Positions 18,755 through 26,917 of a DNA stretch of 64,000 bases are shown one piece after another (within the stretch, counting starts at the first letter, position 1; each line of letters begins with the position of its first letter). The DNA lies in IMG/VR virus record IMGVR_UViG_3300033405_000010. The stretch is one strand, 5' to 3'. The position numbers and the translations under genes were made by a program. This stretch comes from an uncultured virus (IMG/VR IMGVR_UViG_3300033405_000010) (taxonomy: Duplodnaviria > Heunggongvirae > Uroviricota > Caudoviricetes). The notes under the pieces are model-generated. The model saw nothing but the letters and a program-made list of their open reading frames with translations. It made no database searches and was not told the origin of the DNA.

Positions 18755-20322
18755 GCTTCCGCCTCGGGTCGGGCGGAGGAAGGGGTTGGCGCGAGGTGGA
18801 ACCCGCGGACCTCGTCGAGCGCCTTCGGGCCGGCCTTCTCGCAGAGTCGAACGAAGTCCAGCACGCGGTCCGACCAGCCGCCGATGAGGACCGTCTTGGG
18901 GTCGTCCTGCGGCATCTGGGTCGTCCCGTAGCCGGTCAGGTCGAACGAGTAAAACCGCAGGTTCGGGTTGAGCTTGCGGCGGTACTCGCGGACCTGGTCG
19001 GCCACGGTGTGGCTGCTGACCTTGCCGTGGTCCCAGAGCGTCGCGTCGGGCGCGTCTGTTTCCGAAAAGCACTGCATGTCGCTGAACAGAAGCGCGCGGT
19101 CGAACTTCTCGTGCTCCTTGAGCGCCCACTCGAACACGCGGTATGCCATCGTCGACCGCTCACCGACCTCGGCCTTCTTGACGCGCTCCGCGTTCGTGAG
19201 GATGCCGTCCGTCGAGCGGAGGTGCACCACCGCCGCCTTCGACGCGAAGCCCAGGACCACGGAGTCGGCGCAGAGCTTGTGCGACATCGCCCCGAAGAGC
19301 GACGCGATGTCGATGGGCCAGACGTTCGAGAGCGTCGACATCGGCGTCGAGTTCATCGAGCCCGACAGGTCGCAGGCGATGAGCGTGCGGCCCGAGATGT
19401 CGCCGACGTTCTCGGTCGCCAGGAACATGGCGGTCTCAAGAGCGTCGAGGACGCGCGACGCCTTCGCCGAGTCGCTGTTCTCGATGGCCTTGTGGGCCGA
19501 CCAGAACCGGTACGGGAACTGCCGCGAGCGGGCGATGGCCTTCGGGTCCTCCAGCATCCGAACGACGTCCGAAACGTCGACCTTCTTCTCTAGGAGGTTG
19601 CGGAGGTTGCGGATGCGGGCCATGAAGCCCATCTCGGGCAGCACCTCGGTCCACGCCTCCTTGGTCGAGCCCTTGGCCGAGATGACCGTCTCCCAGGTCG
19701 TCGGGGTCTTGAGCGTGCGCTCGTGGATGCGCTTGAACAGCGCCTTCTCCTTGGCGCCCTTCGGCTTCGGGTGGGCGACGTTCATCACGTCGCGGAACTT
19801 GATGGCCGAGGAGTCACGGTCGTACTTGGCGAGGTCGTACTCCGTGAAGCGGTGGAAGCCGTCCGCCAGCGCACCGCGCAGCGAGCGCGGGAGGGCCCCG
19901 CCGAAACGGGCGTTCCAGTACGCGACAGCCTCCGTTAGCTCGTCGGCGCGGACGAGAATCTCCTTGGCGTACGCACGGGCGAACTTCCGAGCCTCCATCG
20001 AGTGGCACGACTCAACGAGCAGGGCCGTCGAGACCGAGCGGAGGTTCAGCACGTTGCGGCAGTAGCGCGCGAGCTGGAGCGGGAACTCGGCGTCGGTCTT
20101 GGCGACCTTCTCGACCAGGGCCGGGATGGCGACCCAGTCGCCCTTCGCCTCGGGGTCGTAGAACTTCGGCTCCCCGAACAGCGTAGACGCCGCACGGAGG
20201 TACAGCTCCATCGCGGGGTCAGTGGAGAACGCGAGGCCGCCCTCGTAGTTGAGGGTGGCCAGAGGGTGCTCCGCGGCCTTGCTCACCTTCGGCGTCTTCG
20301 CCGTCTTCCCGAACTTCGGCAT
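18751..20322 (-). CDS. rsr: Ro60/Rsr-like TROVE-domain RNA-binding protein with vWA domain
   Basis: NYEGGLAF, RADE, YDLAKY, HPKP, TWET, MARIRNLRN, SRQFPYRF; MIDAS DLSGS; FSDMQ; GGWSD. Confidence 0.93.
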   Translation of the reverse strand: MPKFGKTAKTPKVSKAAEHPLATLNYEGGLAFSTDPAMELYLRAASTLFGEPKFYDPEAKGDWVAIPALVEKVAKTDAEFPLQLARYCRNVLNLRSVSTALLVESCHSMEARKFARAYAKEILVRADELTEAVAYWNARFGGALPRSLRGALADGFHRFTEYDLAKYDRDSSAIKFRDVMNVAHPKPKGAKEKALFKRIHERTLKTPTTWETVISAKGSTKEAWTEVLPEMGFMARIRNLRNLLEKKVDVSDVVRMLEDPKAIARSRQFPYRFWSAHKAIENSDSAKASRVLDALETAMFLATENVGDISGRTLIACDLSGSMNSTPMSTLSNVWPIDIASLFGAMSHKLCADSVVLGFASKAAVVHLRSTDGILTNAERVKKAEVGERSTMAYRVFEWALKEHEKFDRALLFSDMQCFSETDAPDATLWDHGKVSSHTVADQVREYRRKLNPNLRFYSFDLTGYGTTQMPQDDPKTVLIGGWSDRVLDFVRLCEKAGPKALDEVRGFHLAPTPSSARPEAEA

Positions 20323-20380
20323 GGTTGCTTCCTTCCTACGGAAGAACTCATGTTACTAGTAGTATTAAAACAGTTGGAGT

Positions 20381-20462
20381 GGACGGGAAGAGCGGGGAGG
20401 GTGACTGCCCTTTCGGGCACTTTCTAGCAGGAAAGAAGTAACCCTCGCCCTATACCGCGTCC
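20381..20462 (-). ncRNA. Y-RNA-like unit 1
   Basis: 5' GGACGCGGUAUAG ... CUCUUCCCGUCC 3' helix with bulged C; UGCCC-GAAA-GGGCA hairpin; TTTTAGTA about 25-30 nt upstream. Confidence 0.75.
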
Positions 20463-20499
20463 GAACCGGAGTAGGACGCGACTAGTACTAAAACTTGGC

Positions 20500-20580
20500 G
20501 GACGGGAAGAGCGCACAGGGAGACTGCCCTTTCGGGCATCATCAGGAATTGGTGAAGTATCCCCGTGCTATACCGCGTCC
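20500..20580 (-). ncRNA. Y-RNA-like unit 2
   Basis: Same termini and GAAA hairpin; TTTAGTA upstream. Confidence 0.75.
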
Positions 20581-20611
20581 ACACCCTCCAGCGCGCACTA
20601 GTACTAAAGGT

Positions 20612-20681
20612 GGACGGGAAGAGCGAGCCCGGATGGTAGCGTCTCCTTTACGGGGAAGTATCCGAACCCTTTACCGCGTCC
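20612..20681 (-). ncRNA. Y-RNA-like unit 3
   Basis: Same terminal helix; GUAA tetraloop hairpin; TTAAAT upstream. Confidence 0.7.
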
Positions 20682-20711
20682 GCACGGCGATGGCGGTGCC
20701 CGATTTAAGGT

Positions 20712-20831
20712 GGACGGGAAAGGTGAGGAGGGTTTTTTTAGTGCTGCCTCAGCCAGCCCCGAAGGGCCGACGGGAATCGAACCCGCTTACTTTCTTTTTC
20801 AGAGAAGGAACCCGTCCTCTATACCGCGTCC
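20712..20831 (-). ncRNA. Y-RNA-like unit 4 with tRNA-like T-arm (YrlA-like)
   Basis: Same terminal helix; GCGGG-UUCGAUU-CCCGU arm at 20770-20786; cUUCGg hairpin. Confidence 0.78.
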
Positions 20832-20877
20832 GAAAAGAAGGAAGGGGTTGGTCTACTTAGAGGTTGGTGCGAGTCGC

Positions 20878-21207
20878 CTAGCTCTGCTTACTCAGCGGTG
20901 GGCCACCGAGTTCCGGCGGTGCCTTAGCGCCGGCGATGCCCAGCACCCATCCGACGTCCCGATTCGCCATCACGCCCGGGAGTCCTGGGAGCCTTCTCTT
21001 GTGGGCTACGAGGTTGATGATTTTCCCGTACGCCAGCTCCAGGCCCGCCAAAAGTGGGGCGAACTCGCGGTCGACCTTGGCCCCCCCGAGGTTGGAGTCG
21101 ACGAAGCTCTGAGCGACTTCCTCCATCGTCTCGTTCAGTTCCCAGAGCTTTTGGTAGAACAGATTGCCCTCCGCTGCGCCACGCTCGGCCGGCTCCATCG
21201 CGCTCAC
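20878..21207 (-). CDS. Hypothetical protein
   Basis: ORF coupled to the upstream RHH gene. Confidence 0.6.
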   Translation of the reverse strand: MSAMEPAERGAAEGNLFYQKLWELNETMEEVAQSFVDSNLGGAKVDREFAPLLAGLELAYGKIINLVAHKRRLPGLPGVMANRDVGWVLGIAGAKAPPELGGPPLSKQS

Positions 21208-21365
21208 CGCCTCTTGGCCCGACGTGCGTCCAGCGCCTCGCGGACCAGGGTGAGAACGACCCTGGTCATCGGGCGGTCCTCCTTTTCCGCGAGGGTCTGG
21301 ATTTGGCGCATGGCCTCGGCGTCGGGGTAGAAGGTGAGCATGTACTTCGCTGTGCTTTTCGCCAT
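21204..21365 (-). CDS. Ribbon-helix-helix protein
   Basis: Read by hand: YMLTFYPD...LAEKEDRPMTRVVLTLVREAL; GGAGGT upstream. Confidence 0.7.
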   Translation of the reverse strand: MAKSTAKYMLTFYPDAEAMRQIQTLAEKEDRPMTRVVLTLVREALDARRAKRR

Positions 21366-21375
21366 CGACTACCTC

Positions 21376-22116
21376 CTAGTCGCCGCCCTCCTTGCGGCGG
21401 GCGGCGGCCACCTCCTCCGGTGTGTGAGACTGCTGCTCGTGCTCTCGGGTCAGTTCCTCGGTGTCCGTTCCGTAGCCGCAGACGGGGCAGTCGTACCACT
21501 TGCCCTTCGGGTCGGGCAGACTAAGCGTGTTCCCGTTTGAGTGCAGGGCGACGGGGTGCAGTTGGGCCAGGGCTTTAGGGACGGCCCTCGTCACCATGTG
21601 GTCTTCCTCGGAGACTCGACCGGCTATCGCAACGACGCGGTTGAGGCTCTTCCGCCGCAGTTCCAGGTAGTCCGACAGGCTCAGCTTGTGGTAGCGTGGC
21701 TCCTCGATGAAACTGTTGCCCTCTGCGGCGACCGCGGGTATCCCGTTCTCGCCGATGTTCTGCACGAAGATGTCGAACTGTACGGGGGCGGAGGTGCGGT
21801 TGTCGATTTCGTCGAGTTGGTCCTCGCCGTTGTGGACGCGGAACCAGTAGAGGGCCGCTATCATCCACCGTCGAATCTCGCCGTTCATCGCGTACGCCGT
21901 CCCGCGGTCCCGGAAACCGTCGGGATTCATCCCGGCCAGCCTCATCACCTCGGACATCGTCGGGTTCTTCCCTTGCTCGAAGACGAGTATTCGAAGCTGC
22001 CGGTAGAAGTTCCTCTGCTTCGCGCGCCTCGGTCCCCGGAAGCCGAGCCTTCGGAGGTACGTGTTCAGCGATTGCTTTCGGATTTCGTCGTCCGCGGGGA
22101 TGTCGGCGGCGCTCAT
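21376..22116 (-). CDS. Hypothetical protein with C-terminal C2H2 zinc finger
   Basis: CPVC...HEQQSH. Confidence 0.7.
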   Translation of the reverse strand: MSAADIPADDEIRKQSLNTYLRRLGFRGPRRAKQRNFYRQLRILVFEQGKNPTMSEVMRLAGMNPDGFRDRGTAYAMNGEIRRWMIAALYWFRVHNGEDQLDEIDNRTSAPVQFDIFVQNIGENGIPAVAAEGNSFIEEPRYHKLSLSDYLELRRKSLNRVVAIAGRVSEEDHMVTRAVPKALAQLHPVALHSNGNTLSLPDPKGKWYDCPVCGYGTDTEELTREHEQQSHTPEEVAAARRKEGGD

Positions 22117-23189
22117 GCTCCGCTCCCCGCGCCGCTCGCCAGGGCCTTCCGCTCGTTGTGGTCCTCGCCCCATCGCTTGACGTTCGCGGGGTCACGCCCG
22201 GCGCGGGCGGTCGCTAGGAGCGCCTGCCCCGCCTCGTAGAGGATGTCCACGGCCTGGGCCCGGGCCTTCGGGTCGTAGAAGGTCTCCAGGTACGTCGCGT
22301 CGAGCTTGCGCGCCATCTCCGCCAGCGCCGTGGCACGGTTCAGCCGGGCCTGGTCGCCCCGGATTTCCCAGGAGATTTGCTTCGACACCTTGCCCTTGTC
22401 GACGAACGCCTTCGCGTCCTCCATCTCGCCCTCGATGACCTTGTCGCTCGCCCGCTCGTCGTCCACTCGCTTCTCGGCGGCCCGAGCGATGCCCTCCGCG
22501 ACCTGCTCCTTGTGCTCGGCCGGGGCGCGCTGGACGAGCGTCACCGCGTCCTCCAACCGGGCCGCGGTCAGTCCGCCGCTGCTCCGGGCCTTGGCGAGCA
22601 CCCGCGCCGCCTTCGGCGAGTCCTTGAGGATGCGGCCGACCTTGACCGTGTCCTTCGGGGACAAATGAGCGATGGCGCTCATTTTCTCGGCGGCCCGCGT
22701 CTCGTGCGCCTGGATGTACTCGCCGAGCGTCTTCTGCGGGATTCCGAAGTCCCTCGCCATCTGCCGGACGCCGCCCTTGTTCCCCGCGCCCGCGCCGACC
22801 TTGCTGTGCTTGTAGTCCTGCTCGAAAATCTTCCCGAGGGCCTCTTCCTTCTCCTCCGCCGTCATCTCCAACCGGTGGAGGTTCTCGACCATCGAGTACC
22901 GGCGCATCTCCCGGTCGTCGAGCGGACGCACGATGACCGCGACCTTCGACGCCTTTCCCATCTTCAGGCCGAGCAGGCGCCGACCGCCGAAGGCCACCTC
23001 GTAGTTCCCGTCCTTCGGACGGACCATGATGGGCGAGAGCACGCCGTCCTTCCGGATGGACTCGGCCATGTCCTTGATTTTCAGTTGGTCGGGCTGGTCC
23101 TCGGGACGGTCGGCGGTCTTCCTCGGGTTGAACGGGTTCGGTCGCAGTCGGCTAATTGCTACCTCTTGATACTTTGCGCTTGCGCTCAT
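22113..23189 (-). CDS. ParB/Spo0J-like protein
   Basis: NPFNPRK, GVLSPIMVR, FGGRR, ENLHR, HTH-like segment. Confidence 0.9.
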   Translation of the reverse strand: MSASAKYQEVAISRLRPNPFNPRKTADRPEDQPDQLKIKDMAESIRKDGVLSPIMVRPKDGNYEVAFGGRRLLGLKMGKASKVAVIVRPLDDREMRRYSMVENLHRLEMTAEEKEEALGKIFEQDYKHSKVGAGAGNKGGVRQMARDFGIPQKTLGEYIQAHETRAAEKMSAIAHLSPKDTVKVGRILKDSPKAARVLAKARSSGGLTAARLEDAVTLVQRAPAEHKEQVAEGIARAAEKRVDDERASDKVIEGEMEDAKAFVDKGKVSKQISWEIRGDQARLNRATALAEMARKLDATYLETFYDPKARAQAVDILYEAGQALLATARAGRDPANVKRWGEDHNERKALASGAGSGA

Positions 23190-23278
23190 GCTGCACCTAC
23201 CCGTGCCATTAAATTACATGCACTTAAGGGCTATGCCCTGCCGCTGTTTATATATGACGGCCTCCCATCCGGGCGGCG

Positions 23279-23560
23279 ATGACGCGGAAGGCGGCCGTAC
23301 CGGACGAGTGCCAGCGGCTCCTGAACGACATTCAGCAGCGCGGAAAGGACCTGAGTCACTTGGCTTGGGACCTCAGCCATGAGGCTTACATCGTGGCTCA
23401 CGGCGACATCGACTGGCCGGCCGTCAAGTCGGCGGGCGAAATCGCCGGGGCGGACGCGCGCTTCAAGAGTAAGCTCGCCACCGTCCAGAGGAAGTTCGAC
23501 GTCCTTGCGCGCGACTGGGCCCGCCTCTTGGCGGCCATCGAGAGGAAGGTCACGAAGTAG
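23279..23560 (+). CDS. Hypothetical protein
   Basis: ORF about 25 nt after TTTATATA. Confidence 0.65.
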   Translation: MTRKAAVPDECQRLLNDIQQRGKDLSHLAWDLSHEAYIVAHGDIDWPAVKSAGEIAGADARFKSKLATVQRKFDVLARDWARLLAAIERKVTK

Positions 23561-23948
23561 TCGGCTCCTCGGCTCCAGGACTGGACTCGAAGTACTCGCG
23601 GAGGTCGCCCAGTGACACCGCGACGACCATGTCGCGCGGGATGCCGAGGTAGGTGAGGCGAATCCATCCGAGCCACTGTGCCGTAGGGGCGGCGGTGCCG
23701 GCCTGGCGGATGACGAGAATGGGAACCTTGCCCTCCTTCTCCGCGCGCTGCTCGGTGGTGCGGTAGAGTTCGAGGATGGACGCGAGCGTCCTGGGGACGT
23801 GCTTCCCTTTCTTCATCTCGAAGTAGAGCCGCTTGTGGAGCGAGTCGCTCCGCGTTTGCTTCGAGTTGCCGCCCGAGAGCGGGGTGCGCGTCGTGCCGAA
23901 GAACTTGGCGAGGACCTGCTCGCCCTTCTTCCAGGTGGACTTGTGCAC
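23550..23948 (-). CDS. Holliday junction resolvase-like PD-(D/E)XK nuclease
   Basis: WKKGE...RTPLSGG...SD...FEMK. Confidence 0.75.
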   Translation of the reverse strand: MHKSTWKKGEQVLAKFFGTTRTPLSGGNSKQTRSDSLHKRLYFEMKKGKHVPRTLASILELYRTTEQRAEKEGKVPILVIRQAGTAAPTAQWLGWIRLTYLGIPRDMVVAVSLGDLREYFESSPGAEEPTTS

Positions 23949-23955
23949 GCCGCCC

Positions 23956-24402
23956 CTACGTCGGTGGGGGTACTTGGACTTCGCCCTTGACCACCGTCTC
24001 GATGGTCTCCGTCACGATGCACTTCACTTTCTTCTCGTGGGGCTCGGGCTTGCCACAGTATGGGCACTTGCCGGGAGCCGCGACCAACTCAGGAATCGGC
24101 TCGCGGGGAAGCGCGTTCTGGATGTTGTGGAGGCCCCGGAAATACTCGATACCCGCACCGCTGAAGCGCGGGACGAAGCCGGTGATGAACCCCTGCTCCT
24201 TCCATCGGCTGATGTACTCGGACAGCGTGTTCATCGGGAAGTCGGCTGGGCCGTCGTACTTGTAATCGACGTGCCCGAGGATGAGCTTCCCCTCCATGAG
24301 GCGCTCGACGATGACCGCCTCCCGCTCGGCACGGCTCTTGAGCCGCCACGCATCGTACTGCTCGTCCGTCATCGACGGGCGCGAGGACTTGGCGCGCGAC
24401 AT
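23956..24402 (-). CDS. Hypothetical protein
   Basis: Start MSRAK at a TAATG overlap; CPYC. Confidence 0.6.
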   Translation of the reverse strand: MSRAKSSRPSMTDEQYDAWRLKSRAEREAVIVERLMEGKLILGHVDYKYDGPADFPMNTLSEYISRWKEQGFITGFVPRFSGAGIEYFRGLHNIQNALPREPIPELVAAPGKCPYCGKPEPHEKKVKCIVTETIETVVKGEVQVPPPT

Positions 24403-25325
24403 TACGGCGCGTCTCCCCACTTCGCGGCGAACTCGGTCAGGGTCGGCACGAGGTTCTTCTTGTGCCCCTCGTTCATCTTGGTGACGAGCAGGCCGTGGGC
24501 GAACTTGAACGCCCCGATGGAGGTGTTCTGCACGGCGATGCGGACCTGGTCGTCGAAGGCCGACTTCCACCGGCGCGGGATTTCGTCGGCGTCCACGAAC
24601 CCACCGTCCACGCTCTGGAAGTAGGTCTTGACGGCCACCTCCAGCCCGGTGAACTTCGACATCGGGTTGAGGTTCCCCGGCGTCCCGAAGCCCGTGAGGA
24701 AGGCGTCGCCGAACTCCTTCAGCGCCGCGTGGTCCTTCGGGCCGAGGGAGGAGAGGGCGTCGAAGAACTTCTGCCGCTCGTCCGCGCTCACGCCGACGCG
24801 CCGCCAGGGTCGGTGCCGGTCGACGTACGCCTTCAGGAGCGAGAGCCCGCTCATGCCCTCTTTGATGGGCCCGGGCCGGAAGGTCACGGTGTACGGGAAG
24901 TCGGACTCCATCATCTCCATGATGGCGATGTGGGCCCGGCGGTTCGTCAGGCGGTCGAGGTTGGTCACGTTCGTGACTCGGTTGACGCGGTCGAAGAGTT
25001 CGATTTCCAGGGCCTCGGTCAGGTGGTCGTAGATGTGGAACTCCACCTCCATGCGGAAGGACGGGTCGTCAGAGAGGACGCGCTTCACGGCCTCCAGTCG
25101 GTGGTTCCCGTCGATGAGGCGGAACCGCTCTCGGCCTCCGCCGCCGACGTCGTTGACGACGAAGCTGCCCTCGAAGGGCTTGCCCGCGCGGGCGACCCGG
25201 ACGAGATGCAGGACGTGGCTCTCGCGCAGCGGTCGCGGGTTCTCCATGCGGGCGAGGGTCTTGATGGTGGTCGAGTTGATGCTGACTCGCCGACTCTTGA
25301 ACGGCAGGTTCTCGGTTGCGCTCAT
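24402..25325 (-). CDS. ParB/Srx-like N-terminal domain protein
   Basis: NPRPL...LIDGNHRLEA...LFDRVN. Confidence 0.75.
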   Translation of the reverse strand: MSATENLPFKSRRVSINSTTIKTLARMENPRPLRESHVLHLVRVARAGKPFEGSFVVNDVGGGGRERFRLIDGNHRLEAVKRVLSDDPSFRMEVEFHIYDHLTEALEIELFDRVNRVTNVTNLDRLTNRRAHIAIMEMMESDFPYTVTFRPGPIKEGMSGLSLLKAYVDRHRPWRRVGVSADERQKFFDALSSLGPKDHAALKEFGDAFLTGFGTPGNLNPMSKFTGLEVAVKTYFQSVDGGFVDADEIPRRWKSAFDDQVRIAVQNTSIGAFKFAHGLLVTKMNEGHKKNLVPTLTEFAAKWGDAP

Positions 25326-25435
25326 GCTGATTCTACCTTCTGGCGCCCTCGGCGCTCAGACAACCTAAGGCGGGGCATAGATAAATAAATATCGCAGGGG
25401 GAAAGGGTTGGCCTGACGGGCCTTCCAGCAGGGCC

Positions 25436-26263
25436 TCAGCCCTCTTCGACCGGAGCTTCGTCCATCTCGTAGACGCCCGACAACTCCTCGGGGAAGGCCA
25501 TCCGCAACGCCTGGGCCCGGGCCACCTTCGAGAGCATGAAGGTCGGCATCTCGGCCCAGGCCCGCGTGAGGTTCCCCTCTCGGTCCTTCTTGGCGAACTC
25601 CTTCCACCGTACGGTCGAGGTGAAGGGGCACCGCTGGCCCTCGACCATCCGATAGACGGTGGCGCTCGCCGAGATGGGGATGTTCTGGTTCTCGGGGTCC
25701 ACGTCGACGGCGACCGGGTCCATGCCGGCGTACTTGCCGGTCCTGGCGGCGATGCTGCTCAGGCCGTCGATGGTGACGAACGGCTCGATGGGCTCGCTGC
25801 GGCTGAACCGCAGGAAGCGGATTTGCTTCTTCAGCGGGCTCAGCCCGAGGCGGTTGGCGACGTTCATCCCGAACGCCATCTCGTTGGGGCTCGCGTCGGG
25901 TGGGAATCGGCCGAGCGACTTGAGGATGGTGACCTGCTCCAGGGTGAGCCGGCCGTGCGTCTTCTTCTCGTCCATCACATCGAGCGCGGTCTTGAAGTCG
26001 GCCTGCTCAGCGGCGGGCTTGGCGACGGCCACCGGCTCCGGGGCCGACTCCGCGGGCTTGCCTCGACCGGGCGGGACCGTGAGGAGGTCCGTGCGGGTGG
26101 GCTTCTCGGGAATTGTCCCGCGCTCGGAGACCCGACGATACTCCTTCACCTCGTCAATCCACGCGCTGGCCTCTTCGAAGCTGAGACCCGAGGGGGTCTC
26201 CTCTACGCCGAGGTCCTTCAGGTAGCCGATTTGTGCCTTCGTCGCGCTTCCCTTCTCAGCCAT
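25436..26263 (-). CDS. RecT/Bet-family single-strand annealing protein
   Basis: GLSPLKKQI, TIDG..IAARTG, W..MP..ML.KVA.AQALR.AFP. Confidence 0.9.
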   Translation of the reverse strand: MAEKGSATKAQIGYLKDLGVEETPSGLSFEEASAWIDEVKEYRRVSERGTIPEKPTRTDLLTVPPGRGKPAESAPEPVAVAKPAAEQADFKTALDVMDEKKTHGRLTLEQVTILKSLGRFPPDASPNEMAFGMNVANRLGLSPLKKQIRFLRFSRSEPIEPFVTIDGLSSIAARTGKYAGMDPVAVDVDPENQNIPISASATVYRMVEGQRCPFTSTVRWKEFAKKDREGNLTRAWAEMPTFMLSKVARAQALRMAFPEELSGVYEMDEAPVEEG

Positions 26264-26737
26264 CTTTCTTCTTCCTCCAGTAGAAGCTGTGGCACCGCGG
26301 GCAGGCGACGGGGTCCTTCTTTCGAGGGACCCACTCGTAACCGCACCGTTGGCACCGGTTCGGCCTCTTCATCGAAACCCGACAGGCTACTGATGATGAT
26401 AAAGCACCCGCCAGAGGTCGTGAAACGGCCTCCGGCACGGTAGGGGTACATAATCTTCGGCGCGAACCCTTATATCGTGACTCCCTTTCCTAGTAATCGG
26501 TCTCGGGCGCCCGCGGAAGTACTCGGCCTCGCTGAGAACATGGCCCGTGGGTGCCCACGCCCCATCGACGAGCGGCTGCGCTGCCACTGGAGCGTAGCAT
26601 ACAAATACCGCGATGCGGTTGGGGCCCTCGCCATGTTCTTTCTAGCAGCGAGCGCGAAAGAAGAAAAGTCGCCTGACCCGGTCATCGCTCTGGCCCTTAC
26701 GGACCGCCCTCGAATCCAACTCTGAGAGGGCGGACGC

Positions 26738-26917
26738 ATGGAGAGCCCGCCTCCGAGGGGAGACTCCCGCGCTTTTTTCAAATGCCCCGACTGCGGGAGC
26801 CCGATTTCTGACGAGTCACGGCCTGAGACGCCGTGCCCCGTCTGCGGCAACATCATTCCAGCCTGCCCGCTCTGCGGGCGGGTCCTGCACGTCGGCCTAC
26901 CGTGCGAGAAGGTATGA
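26738..26917 (+). CDS. Small multi-CxxC zinc protein
   Basis: Read by hand: CPDC, CPVC, CPLC; ATGA overlap with the primase gene. Confidence 0.65.
   Translation: MESPPPRGDSRAFFKCPDCGSPISDESRPETPCPVCGNIIPACPLCGRVLHVGLPCEKV

Noticed and set aside
20381..20831. CRISPR array
   Set aside because: Unit lengths vary, the two conserved ends pair with each other, each unit has its own promoter-like element, and no cas genes are visible
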